From Candidatus Poribacteria bacterium (GTDB taxonomy: Bacteria > Poribacteria > WGA-4E > PCPOR2b): a stretch of DNA of 64,000 bases. The stretch is from contig OZ242351.1 of NCBI GenBank assembly GCA_965208675.1, forward strand, positions 32,001 to 96,000. Reading direction: 5' to 3'. Below the pieces are notes generated by a model. It ran no database searches. It worked only from the letters and a program-made list of their open reading frames with translations, and was not told the DNA's origin. Below are positions 10,506-20,196 of the stretch, piece after piece (position 1 is the first letter of the stretch; each line of letters begins with the position of its first letter). A program made the position numbers and the translations under genes.

Positions 10506-11537
10506 TTATGCCGCTTCCCTCTGCTCGAACCGATAAATCAACAAGATAACCCCACAACCGGCGAGAAACGCCAACGCCGTGATTAACAAATTCAGATTCA
10601 TTTGAGGTATGATATGCGCAACGTCGATACGTTCGCCGCCGACAAGCTCATATTTTCGGAATGGCCAGAGCCCATACAGGGAACCGACCATTAAGCCAAT
10701 CAAAAAAGATATTGTCATATCGCGGTGCCGTTCAAGGACGTAGTTTAACAATCGAGTAAACGCCAATAGTCCGATACCGCAGCCGACAGCGAAAATAGCC
10801 AACACGAGCCAATCCAATCGACTGACTGCCGCTATAACGTCAAAGTAGATTCCGAGAAGCAGCAGAATAAACGATCCGCTGATTCCGGGAAGTATCATCG
10901 CGGAAGCGGAAATAGCCCCACAAAAGAACAAGTACAGTACCTTGGTAACAGAAAAATGTTCCTCTTCGCTGTTCGCTTCTAAATCAACGTCGCCGGAAGC
11001 AGCGATGTTGGATTGACGGTTTTCCTTAAGTTCGTACTTTTTCCTAGCGTTTTCGAGTCTATCCTCCCCAATCATACTGAGTGAAAGTCCCACAGTCAAC
11101 GCGACGGCGATAAGCAGAGCGATAAACGCTTTAACGGAAAAGCGTTTCAACATTTTAGCGGGAATGATAACGGAAGCTAGAATTAAACCGCAAAAGAACC
11201 CATGAGTAGGATCATGCTGATTGTTAAACAGGTGTTTGATTAGGTCGGATAATGCTTTAATCGCAAACGCGGCACCAACGGCTAGGGCTGCCAAGAATCC
11301 AAAGTCTATACGCCGCAGTTCCGCACGCGCTTCAGAAATTTTGTCTTTTTTCAGCGTGATTGCACCTAAAAACTTCTGAACGGTCGAAACTCCGATGTGG
11401 TGCAAGGCACGAATTAAGCGCTCATAAATCCCTAGCACAATTGCCATTGTGCCGCCGCTCACACCCGGAATAATAAACGCTATACCGATAAAACAGCCCT
11501 TAACGATATGGCCAATGACAAGCCTGAACTTCAGCAA
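10506..11537 (-). CDS. DUF368 membrane protein (undecaprenyl phosphate translocase family)
   Basis: Duplicated IIPGVSGGT / ILPGISGS motifs, multiple TM segments. Confidence 0.9.
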   Translation of the reverse strand: MLKFRLVIGHIVKGCFIGIAFIIPGVSGGTMAIVLGIYERLIRALHHIGVSTVQKFLGAITLKKDKISEARAELRRIDFGFLAALAVGAAFAIKALSDLIKHLFNNQHDPTHGFFCGLILASVIIPAKMLKRFSVKAFIALLIAVALTVGLSLSMIGEDRLENARKKYELKENRQSNIAASGDVDLEANSEEEHFSVTKVLYLFFCGAISASAMILPGISGSFILLLLGIYFDVIAAVSRLDWLVLAIFAVGCGIGLLAFTRLLNYVLERHRDMTISFLIGLMVGSLYGLWPFRKYELVGGERIDVAHIIPQMNLNLLITALAFLAGCGVILLIYRFEQREAA

Positions 11538-11593
11538 GATTTACCCCCGTTAAATCCCGCCTCCTCTTGAACAGTCGTTTATTCATTGCAGGT

Positions 11594-12352
11594 TTAATCC
11601 ACGGTTTCATCGTTGAGCCAACTCTTCAGTGGATCGATTAGGTGATGAGCCGTAAAGTCTAGTTGCACTGGTGTAATCGAAACGCAACCGTTGCGGATAG
11701 TGTTGACATCTGTATCCTCTCCCTGATCAACCTTTTCGCGTTCGCCGCCAATCCAGTAGTAGGGTTTTCCGTGTCGATCCAAGCGTTTGATAGCTTGTGC
11801 ACCGTAAGACCCAAGGTCTTGCCGAGTCATTGCTATGCCTCGAAGTTCAGATATCGCGTAATTTGGCACGTTGACATTCAAAAGAATCCGGTCAGGCATG
11901 CCGTTGGAAATTACCTGCTTGGCGATTCGAATTGCAATTGATGCTGCAGTTTCGTAGTGGTACATGGGACCGGGAACCAGTGAAACCGCAATCGACGGGA
12001 TGCCGAGAAAGGTTCCTTTTTTCGCGGCCGCAACAGTCCCGGAAAAATGGAGATCTTGCCCCAAGTTTTGTCCATGATTGATACCGGATACGAGGAGTTT
12101 TGGCCGTTCGGGAAGCAGCGCACTGACGCCAAGGTCCACACAGTCGACTGGCGTTCCGTCGACGGCGTAAGCGCGGTTCGCCACTTGTGCCGCACGGAGT
12201 GGACGATTCAGCGTAATTGCCATTCCAACCCCGCTGCGCTCTCGATCCGGCGCCACTATATATACTTCGTCAAGGCTTTCAAGTGCGTCGGCGAGCGCCT
12301 TTAATCCTGCCGATTCTATGCCGTCGTCGTTAGTCACAAAAATCATAATCAC
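11594..12352 (-). CDS. surE: 5'/3'-nucleotidase SurE
   Basis: TNDDG, VAPDRERSG, GTPVDCV, SGINHGQN, SGTVAAA. Confidence 0.95.
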   Translation of the reverse strand: MIMIFVTNDDGIESAGLKALADALESLDEVYIVAPDRERSGVGMAITLNRPLRAAQVANRAYAVDGTPVDCVDLGVSALLPERPKLLVSGINHGQNLGQDLHFSGTVAAAKKGTFLGIPSIAVSLVPGPMYHYETAASIAIRIAKQVISNGMPDRILLNVNVPNYAISELRGIAMTRQDLGSYGAQAIKRLDRHGKPYYWIGGEREKVDQGEDTDVNTIRNGCVSITPVQLDFTAHHLIDPLKSWLNDETVD

Positions 12353-12501
12353 CCGCGAAACACAATTGGAGCCCTCAGCGGTGTCATACGCCGTGAATTA
12401 AGTGAATCTCACAGAGTCCCATAATTTCTTACTGCCTGCAGCCCCTAAAACAAACCGCTTTCACTAAACATCATGGCTGCAGCATATCTTATTTTATCCC
12501 A

Positions 12502-13182
12502 TTATTTGTCTCTGAGGCTATTGATAAGCAGCCGTGAAAATAACCGCATTTCCCGAAGCGTTTTGACATTGCTGACTTCGTCCCCGTAGATAGTTTGGAT
12601 AGCCGTGCTCTCAATCCGAAAACCGAGCCGCCCTGCTTTAATTAAAAGTTCCGATTCGGTTTCATACCGCTCGGTGTTCAGTTGGACGGTTTTCAAAACT
12701 TCAGCCTTCATGAGTCGATAGCCTGACTGAAAATCCGGGACGTTTTGCCCAGAGAGCGCTGAACCTACAGTGGAAACCAAGCAGTTATTCAACCGTCGGT
12801 GCAGTGGCATTTTCAACCGCTCCTTAAACCGTGCACCGACGAGGATGTCCGGATGCGTTCGACGGAAATGATCGAAGAACCGCGATAAATCCATGGGGTC
12901 ATGTTGTCCATCGCTATCCATCGCGGCAATCAATTCATAGCCATTCTGAAGCGCGTAATCGAAGCCGGTGCGCAGTGCGCGTCCCTTCCCGCGATTCTGA
13001 GCATGTTTCAGAGTAACAGCGCCGTGCGCCTTCGCAATCTCCGCTGTGTTATCGGATGAACCGTCATCAATTACGACAATGCGTCCGACGAATAAACTCG
13101 CTTCTTGGATGATCCGACCGATGGTTGACGATTCATTGTAGGCAGGTAATAGTAGGCAGGTTTTCATGAGATTAAGGCACAA
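12502..13182 (-). CDS. Glycosyltransferase family 2 (DPM1-like)
   Basis: PAYNE, DDGSSDNT, NRGKG, MDSDGQH, DFQSGYR. Confidence 0.9.
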   Translation of the reverse strand: MCLNLMKTCLLLPAYNESSTIGRIIQEASLFVGRIVVIDDGSSDNTAEIAKAHGAVTLKHAQNRGKGRALRTGFDYALQNGYELIAAMDSDGQHDPMDLSRFFDHFRRTHPDILVGARFKERLKMPLHRRLNNCLVSTVGSALSGQNVPDFQSGYRLMKAEVLKTVQLNTERYETESELLIKAGRLGFRIESTAIQTIYGDEVSNVKTLREMRLFSRLLINSLRDK

Positions 13183-13191
13183 ACCATAGAT

Positions 13192-14475
13192 TCATTGAAT
13201 TATCAGCCTTGCGAACCGCCGTTTCCCAACTTGGAGCACACTTCCGCTAGAAAGGTCAATTTCAAGAGATGAATCGGTAATCCGCTCATTGTCAAGGCGC
13301 ACCCCGCCCTGTTGAACCAACCGTCTCGCTTCACTGGTACTTTCGGCAAACCCGGCGCGCGTGATGAGATGGGCAAGCCAAATTTTGCCATCGGCGAGCG
13401 CAGTCGAAGGAATATGAACGTCAGGTAGGTCTTCAGGCAGTTGGCGGTCGCGATGAACCTTGTCAAATTTAGCCTCAGCCGATGCCGCCGCTGTCTGATC
13501 GTGGTAAATGGACACAATTTCACGCGCCAGTCTCTGCTTAACGGCTTTCGGGTGAAGATTGCCGTCGGTTAATTTTACTTCCAGCTTTCGGATTTCATCA
13601 AGCGGCACATCAGTTGCTAGCTTAAAGTAGGTACTCATCAACTCGTCGGGAATTGACATCAACTTCGCATACATTTCGTTGGGCGGCTCATATATCCCGA
13701 CATAGTTGCCGAGGGATTTACTCATTTTCTCGCTTCCGTCCAACCCAACGAGTAAGGGCATCAGAAGTGCAACCTGAGGCTGCTGGCCGTGAGCGCGCTG
13801 GAGATCCCGCCCCGCCAGAATATTGAATTTTTGGTCGGTGCCGCCCATTTCAATGTCTGCTTCCAAGTGCACCGAATCATAGCCCTGACACACAGGGTAC
13901 AGCATTTCGTGAAGGCTGATTGGCACTCTTCGATTAAATCTATCGGCGAAATCGTCCCGCTCTAACACCCTCGCCACAGTAGTTTTAGCCGTAAGGTTGA
14001 TTACATCCGCGAAGCACATCTTGCCTAGCCACTCACTATTGAATACAGTGAAGGTTTTCGACGGATCCAATATTTTGCAATATTGTTCTTCGTAGGTTTT
14101 GGCGTTGAGGCCGATTTGCTCCTCTGAAAGCTGCGGCCGAGTCTTCGAGGTTCCAGTGGGATCGCCAATCATCGCCGTAAAGTCACCGATGATGACAATG
14201 ACTTGATGGCCCAGATCTTGAAACTGACGGAGTTTACGTAGTACAACGGCAAGTCCAAGATGAATATCCGGTGCAGTTGGATCCAGCCCAAGTTTGACGC
14301 GTAGGGGTCGGCCTTGTTCCCGAGCCATCTCCAATTTTCGGAGAAGTTCTTCCTTGGAGATAATCTCCGCTGTGCCTCTGCCGATGAGGTCAACCTGTTC
14401 TTCTATACTCAATTCAGCGTGCACGCTGGATTCCCCGTTAGATATCGTCTGGAGGTCTTCACTACTACGGTTCAA
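13192..14475 (-). CDS. tyrS: Tyrosine--tRNA ligase
   Basis: [12 protein letters not shown] (HIGH-like), [14 protein letters not shown]-terminal S4 domain; start codon uncertain. Confidence 0.97.
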   Translation of the reverse strand: MNRSSEDLQTISNGESSVHAELSIEEQVDLIGRGTAEIISKEELLRKLEMAREQGRPLRVKLGLDPTAPDIHLGLAVVLRKLRQFQDLGHQVIVIIGDFTAMIGDPTGTSKTRPQLSEEQIGLNAKTYEEQYCKILDPSKTFTVFNSEWLGKMCFADVINLTAKTTVARVLERDDFADRFNRRVPISLHEMLYPVCQGYDSVHLEADIEMGGTDQKFNILAGRDLQRAHGQQPQVALLMPLLVGLDGSEKMSKSLGNYVGIYEPPNEMYAKLMSIPDELMSTYFKLATDVPLDEIRKLEVKLTDGNLHPKAVKQRLAREIVSIYHDQTAAASAEAKFDKVHRDRQLPEDLPDVHIPSTALADGKIWLAHLITRAGFAESTSEARRLVQQGGVRLDNERITDSSLEIDLSSGSVLQVGKRRFARLIIQ

Positions 14476-14482
14476 GCTAGCT

Positions 14483-14512
14483 ATTATACTACACCTTACA
14501 CGACTCAGTCAA
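14483..14512 (-). promoter_or_regulatory. sigma70-type promoter for tyrS
   Basis: Minus strand TTGACT-18 bp-TATAAT; the -10 box ends 7 nt before the TTG at 14475. Confidence 0.6.
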
Positions 14513-14652
14513 CGTTATATCAATGCAGCAGCGTCAAGGCTCACGGCAGAAATCTCCGCTGTGACAGACTTGCGAAGCGTGTGCATCCAGCCGCTAAATG
14601 GTCAATGCCAAAGCGAATTTAATATTTAGGAATAGAACTCCTCATCACTTAT

Positions 14653-15204
14653 TTAGTTAACTGTACCGCTTAGCTTTTCCCTGAATTCTTCTTTGAATTT
14701 TCGGATTTTGGGATCAATTACGAACTGGCAATACGGTTGGGTGGGATTGAGCTTATAGTAATTCTGGTGATAAACCTCCGCCGCGTAAAAATCGAGACAA
14801 GGTACAATCTCTGTAACGATCGGATTCGGCCACAAGCCAGAGGCGTCCGTTTCACGCTTGGAGGATTCGGCGATAGCTTTCTGTTCATCGCCGTGATAAA
14901 AAATAGCTGAACGGTATTGGGTACCAACGTCGGCGCCCTGCCGGTTTAAAGTCGTTGGGTCGTGCGTGCGCCAAAAGACATATAGCAGGTCGTCAAATGA
15001 AATGACTTGGGGAGCAAAAGAAATCTGCGCCACTTCAGCATGTCCAGTGGCTCCGCTGCAAACCTGCTGATATGTTGGGTTTTTAACCACGCCGCCGGCG
15101 TAGCCGGAAACTACATGTTGCACGCCTGTTAGACATTGAAATACGGCTTCGACGCACCAGAAACAACCGGCGCCGAACGTTGCTGTTTCAAATTTAGTCG
15201 ACAT
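14653..15204 (-). CDS. msrA: Peptide methionine (S)-sulfoxide reductase
   Basis: GAGCFWC, HDPTTLNRQGADVGTQYRS, AEVYHQNYY. Confidence 0.97.
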   Translation of the reverse strand: MSTKFETATFGAGCFWCVEAVFQCLTGVQHVVSGYAGGVVKNPTYQQVCSGATGHAEVAQISFAPQVISFDDLLYVFWRTHDPTTLNRQGADVGTQYRSAIFYHGDEQKAIAESSKRETDASGLWPNPIVTEIVPCLDFYAAEVYHQNYYKLNPTQPYCQFVIDPKIRKFKEEFREKLSGTVN

Positions 15205-15411
15205 TTTTTCTTCACCGTAACCATGATGCTTACTATGACGAGATTGGAAAAACTGCCCTCATTTTAGCAACTAGCGTCCGGTTTGTCAATCGCCAAACAG
15301 TGGAACGGATGCCTCAATGAGTCTCGAATTATTTTGATGTTGCATTCCAATTCTGTCTGCTATATCATAGGCTGTAACTTCTTCATGGTGGCTCTTAGAT
15401 GGAATTGTCTT

Positions 15412-16209
15412 ATGAAAATCACGGTTCTCGGTTCAGGCACTTCGACAGGCGTGCCGGAATATAAATGCAGTTGCGAAACATGTAAAGATGCGCGATCGCC
15501 GCACTCAAAAAACTGTCGGACGCGCCCGTCGATTCACATTGAAAAGCATGGGAAGCATCTGCAATTCGATACCGGTCCCAACTTTATCGATCAGATTGAT
15601 AGGAATAAAGTCGAATGGATTGACGCGGTGATTTTTACCCACTGTCACGCCGATCATACCAGCGGGACAAATGACTTGGTTATGCCCTGCCGTAAGCAGA
15701 AGATGGATATACCGATTTACGGTCCGGAGGAGACGATACGAATTCTGGAGCGCAATTACGATTACATGTTTAGCAAGGAGGTATTTCAAGGCGGCGGCGT
15801 TGGGCATTTGCTGCCTCACACCGTCAATGAGCGTTTTGAGATGCACGGGTTCGAGATTATACCGCTTCCCGTTGAGCATGCTGCTGTCACGACGTTCGGC
15901 TATCGGATTGACGACTTCGGTTACCTTCCTGACGTGAAGCGCTTACCAGATTCATCTAAAGCACTGCTGCGCGGCATTGAGGTGTTAATTATTGATGCGC
16001 TAAGCTTCAATCCGCGTCATCCAACTCATCTCGCTGTTGGAGAGGCGGTAGAAATCGTAAATGAGCTACAGCCGCGAGAGGCCTACTTTACACACATAAT
16101 GCACCGACTAGATCACCGGTATTTTCGTGAGCAGTGCCAAGAACAAAGCATTGAATTACCGGAGTATGCCTATCTGTCGTACGATGGGCAGGCGATTGAA
16201 ATTCTGTAA
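15412..16209 (+). CDS. MBL-fold metallo-hydrolase (PhnP/YycJ-like)
   Basis: LGSGTSTGVP, CSCETC, THCHADH; start trimmed to ATG 15412. Confidence 0.9.
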   Translation: MKITVLGSGTSTGVPEYKCSCETCKDARSPHSKNCRTRPSIHIEKHGKHLQFDTGPNFIDQIDRNKVEWIDAVIFTHCHADHTSGTNDLVMPCRKQKMDIPIYGPEETIRILERNYDYMFSKEVFQGGGVGHLLPHTVNERFEMHGFEIIPLPVEHAAVTTFGYRIDDFGYLPDVKRLPDSSKALLRGIEVLIIDALSFNPRHPTHLAVGEAVEIVNELQPREAYFTHIMHRLDHRYFREQCQEQSIELPEYAYLSYDGQAIEIL

Positions 16210-16318
16210 TGCGGCAATAAATGGGAATTGTATACGATAGCGTTTGTAAGTTTGGTTGCACATTGCGGATATTGCCAAGCGCGCGGGTTCATACTCTTTA
16301 AGAAAAGTGATTAACGTA

Positions 16319-17104
16319 ATGAAATTTCCGAAAAGGATTTGGAGTATGGCTAGTGTTTTTTTGTGCTTGATTGTTGCGTCGGCAAGCTATGCCGCCGACA
16401 TTGAAGCTGCCGGCATCTGGCTTTTCGATGAAGTTAACGGTGATAAAGTTGCGGAAGTGTCCGGAACAGGAATTGAAGGGGAAATTTCTGGCAACTACAA
16501 ATACGTAGCGGGCAAGTTCGGCGAAGCATTGGAATTCAATGGGGAAAACACCTCTGTTCTGTTTGAGAATGACGATCCGACGCAGGCTTATATACTTCAT
16601 CGCGGCAAGGATGTTTCCTTGGTCTTTTGGGCGAAACCGTCGAGCGGCGATTTTAGAACTATTTTCTGGACACGAGGTGACGGTGCTGACGCGGATAGAT
16701 TCAATATCCATTCAGGTCCCGGCCCGACCCTTGGATTCGATTACAGGGAAGTGAACGGAAATATTCATCAAGGGCTTTACGAAAACGTTCCGCTTCCTAT
16801 AAATGAATGGACACATATTGCGATTTCGCGAGAAGAAAATACCTACAATACTTATAGCAATGGGAACCTGGTGTCGCAAGGGGAAGATCAAAATCCAGCA
16901 TTGCCTCAATCCATAAGTTGGATGTTGAGTAGACCCGCGTTTATTTTTGGTGGGATTATAGATGAAATTGGATTCTTCGAATCGGTGCTTAATGAAAATG
17001 ATGTCGCCAGCATCATGGAAAATGGTCTCGAATCAACCACGCTTGCCGTGGCGCCGTCAGGCAAGATTTCCACGACCTGGGCACGGTTGAAGCGCGGTAA
17101 ATAA
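16319..17104 (+). CDS. Secreted LamG/concanavalin-like domain protein with C-terminal AVxPxGKxxTTW motif
   Basis: Signal peptide, GIWLFDE, GKFGEALEFNG, WTHIA, GIIDEI; ends LAVAPSGKISTTWARLKRGK. Confidence 0.85.
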   Translation: MKFPKRIWSMASVFLCLIVASASYAADIEAAGIWLFDEVNGDKVAEVSGTGIEGEISGNYKYVAGKFGEALEFNGENTSVLFENDDPTQAYILHRGKDVSLVFWAKPSSGDFRTIFWTRGDGADADRFNIHSGPGPTLGFDYREVNGNIHQGLYENVPLPINEWTHIAISREENTYNTYSNGNLVSQGEDQNPALPQSISWMLSRPAFIFGGIIDEIGFFESVLNENDVASIMENGLESTTLAVAPSGKISTTWARLKRGK

Positions 17105-17237
17105 TTGCACCGGCAAAACATCCATGAAGACACTACGCTTAACGGTGTTTGCAGGAAGACTCACGACCCAAGAACCCAACCTCCAAAAACTAACATAGGA
17201 GCGAGTTGTCAAATCGTCCTCCTCACTTAGCATTTTC

Positions 17238-17867
17238 ATGAATGAAATTCAACAGCTGCAACTTTACGGGTTTTGCACTATCGCCAGTGCTTATGAGGTT
17301 AATTCGTTACGGAACGAATGCTTGCGTATCTTCGATAAACTAAGTTCGAATGTCGTAGATGCAAACGACAATGCGGTGTTAAATCATGCCTTAGAGAGGT
17401 GCCCAATCATAAAAGAAATCATTGGAGCCACGATTGGAGCAGAGCATACTCGAACGGCCTCATTCAAGCGAACACTTCCAAACGATACGTCATTCAGTTG
17501 TACCTACCATGTCCATTGTGATGAAACTGAATCATTGGCGCTTGATAATCATAATAATCGACTCCGTAAATCGCCAAATGTACCCTGCATGATAAACAGC
17601 ATCATTACCTTAACCGATTTCACAGCGGATAATGGCTTTGGCGTAATCCCGATGAGTCACCATAGTCCTTTTTTGAAACGGCATCAATTCCTTACCGCAG
17701 TCGATCCTGTTGTTGAAAATGACTTCTTATTCCCTGTCATCGCGCCAGCAGGTTCGGTGATTCTATGGGACAATCGATTGTGGCATGCTCAACTTCGCAA
17801 CAAAACAAACGAGAGCCGCTTGAACATCAATGTATCCTATTTTGCGAAATGGTGGAGAAACGATTGA
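17238..17867 (+). CDS. Phytanoyl-CoA dioxygenase (PhyH)-family Fe(II)/2OG protein
   Basis: HxD (HCD), LTDFTADNG, IPMSHH, PAGSVILWDNRLWH, N..NESR. Confidence 0.8.
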   Translation: MNEIQQLQLYGFCTIASAYEVNSLRNECLRIFDKLSSNVVDANDNAVLNHALERCPIIKEIIGATIGAEHTRTASFKRTLPNDTSFSCTYHVHCDETESLALDNHNNRLRKSPNVPCMINSIITLTDFTADNGFGVIPMSHHSPFLKRHQFLTAVDPVVENDFLFPVIAPAGSVILWDNRLWHAQLRNKTNESRLNINVSYFAKWWRND

Positions 17868-18008
17868 TAAAATCGATATCATTGATAGCGAACGCCGCGT
17901 CCATATGCCATTAGCCCGGCAAAAATTAACCGCGTCACGGAGCAAAACAATAGGGAATTACATTCCATATTGCTATTTTTCAGTAGGCGGTTGGAAATTC
18001 AACTCATA

Positions 18009-18108
18009 GTAGTAGGCACACTCCGTGTGCCGTAATTAGCGTATATTGCGTTGAATCCGGATTCCAGCATCAGGGCGAGGGTTACGTCATACGGCGTGTG
18101 CCTACTAC
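18009..18108. repeat. REP/REPIN-like inverted doublet
   Basis: GTAGTAGGCACACTCCGTGTGCCGTAA (18009-18035) versus reverse complement of 18082-18108, 24/27 identical; lies between convergent genes. Confidence 0.8.
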
Positions 18109-18211
18109 CTTTTTCATAAGGACAATAATGGTTGTTCTTTATTGAAATACGTGACTACATGCAAAAAAGCCTTGGTTGAACACAACGCTAGCATCATTGG
18201 TTTGGGAGTCG

Positions 18212-20128
18212 TTACCCTTCCCGGCCCCATTTGGCTGAGTCTTCGAGTTCTCGCTTGGGCAGAATCACGCGGTCGCCCGCCTTCAATCCGCTCTTAATGA
18301 TGATTTCGGTATCGTTCTGCATACCTGTCTGAATAGAAACTTTTTTGCCTTGTGATGCGTCCTTTTTGCCATCGCCGCCATCTTCATCAAGCAGAGCGAA
18401 CTTTTCTTTAGAAATATCTACTTTCGCGGCAACACCGTCGATAATCTCGCGGCCGTTTGCAAGAAGGGCGAAGGTATGTCGACCAGGGCGCAAGCCGCGT
18501 TGAGAACTATCAATCGAAACTGTCAATTCACTGTCTTTTGTCCCGACAACACTCCCTTTGAAGATTTTTCCGTTAGGGCTTTTGACCTCAATGGGTTGAT
18601 TTGGCTTAAATGCTGCCCCATCATCGCCGACTTGCGCCGCGACTATCACGGACGTTTTTTCTTCGATGGCATCCCTCGGCAACACCAAAACGTCATTCTC
18701 TTCATAAGTGATGATATCTACGTCAGCGCTCATGCCCGGGCGGAGTTCCGGAGGTGAACCAACAACCTTGACCATAACCTCAAAGGTAATGATATTGTCG
18801 CGTTCAATCCCGCTCGGCGCGATTTCTACGACGCGTCCTTCATAAATTTTGTTCTGATACGCATCGGCGTTTATTTCTGCCTTTTGGTTCAAACGAAGTC
18901 TTTCCATGTCGACCTCGTTGATGAAGGTCTTCACGACCATTTTAGACAAATCCCCGATCGTCATCACGGGTGGACTTTGCGCAAATGCCGATCTGCCCGA
19001 AGTTACAATCTCTCCCTCTTCGACTTCCAGAAGCGTCACGGTGCCTGACATGGGCGCTCGAATCGTCGTCCATCCCAAGCGCTCCTCTTGGTTTTTTAAG
19101 TTACTTTCGCGCCGCAATAGATTTGCTTTTGCACTCTCTTTTGACTCCTCGACGACGTTCTTTTCCTCGTTTATAGTTCGCTGAATCTCGGTCAGCCGGG
19201 TTTGCGCAATTTTCAGATGGAGTGCGGCTTCTTCTTCTTCCGCCTTTCTCATCTCGCGCAGTTTGTCCAGATTTAGTTTCTGATAAGTAAGTGTTGTGTT
19301 GCGGGTATCAATCGCCGTTTTTCTCGTGTCAATGGTCTTCTGTTGAGATTCCAGAGTTTCTTTTTGAGATGCCACGCGCTGAACTGCGCTGTTATATTGT
19401 GACAACGCACTCGCGCGCCTCGATTGCGCTTCCTCTAAAGATCTTTTGGATACCAGTTTTTTCTCAAACAGTTCCTTGTTGCGTTTTAGTTCAGCTTCAG
19501 CGTTATCAAGTTCAACTTTCGCTGAATCGCGTGCTGTCTCAAGTTCCGAGAGCGTTAATTCCGCCTGATTGAGTCCAATTTTTGCTTGATCCAAGGCAAT
19601 CTCATCCTGCACTAAGTCGTTTTTCGTCGTTTGGATTTGGGTTTCCGCTTGGATAATCTGTGTTAAGGATGCCGTTATGGTCGTATTTGAACTGGCTTCC
19701 GCAATTTTGACGTTGTCCTCCGCTTGTTGCTGTTGGCTGTGAAGCTCTTCTTTTTTTAAAACGATATTGAGTTCAGCCTGGTTTAACGCTGCCTCCGACG
19801 CATCGACATCCGCTTTAGCCTGTCTCATTTGCTCTATGTACTGTTCTGGATCGATTTCTAGCAACACCTGACCCGCCTCAACATAATCCCCTTCATCAAC
19901 ATAAAGTTTAATTATCTCACCTTCAACGTTTGACTTTACTTCGACGTCCACAAGCGGTTCCAAGTTGCCTGTCGCACTAATTCGCATTTGGAAATCCCCC
20001 TGTTTGACGATTTCAACTTTTTTTTCCAGTTCAGTCGAATCCTCCCTACATGCGTTTATCCACCCGCACGAGGCGATGGATACCGCTAAAACCGGGATCG
20101 TAACAACATTGATGACAACTTTCATCAT
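18212..20128 (-). CDS. MacA-like periplasmic adaptor with long coiled coil
   Basis: ATGNLEP, VKSNVEGEIIKLYVDEGD, TIRAPMSGTV, INEVD, LRPGMSADVDI. Confidence 0.9.
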   Translation of the reverse strand: MMKVVINVVTIPVLAVSIASCGWINACREDSTELEKKVEIVKQGDFQMRISATGNLEPLVDVEVKSNVEGEIIKLYVDEGDYVEAGQVLLEIDPEQYIEQMRQAKADVDASEAALNQAELNIVLKKEELHSQQQQAEDNVKIAEASSNTTITASLTQIIQAETQIQTTKNDLVQDEIALDQAKIGLNQAELTLSELETARDSAKVELDNAEAELKRNKELFEKKLVSKRSLEEAQSRRASALSQYNSAVQRVASQKETLESQQKTIDTRKTAIDTRNTTLTYQKLNLDKLREMRKAEEEEAALHLKIAQTRLTEIQRTINEEKNVVEESKESAKANLLRRESNLKNQEERLGWTTIRAPMSGTVTLLEVEEGEIVTSGRSAFAQSPPVMTIGDLSKMVVKTFINEVDMERLRLNQKAEINADAYQNKIYEGRVVEIAPSGIERDNIITFEVMVKVVGSPPELRPGMSADVDIITYEENDVLVLPRDAIEEKTSVIVAAQVGDDGAAFKPNQPIEVKSPNGKIFKGSVVGTKDSELTVSIDSSQRGLRPGRHTFALLANGREIIDGVAAKVDISKEKFALLDEDGGDGKKDASQGKKVSIQTGMQNDTEIIIKSGLKAGDRVILPKRELEDSAKWGREG

Positions 20129-20196
20129 AATTTGACGACTCCTCCATGCATTTATCGTTCAATAATGCCCAATGCCTTTTTCTATGAAAACTGCGC

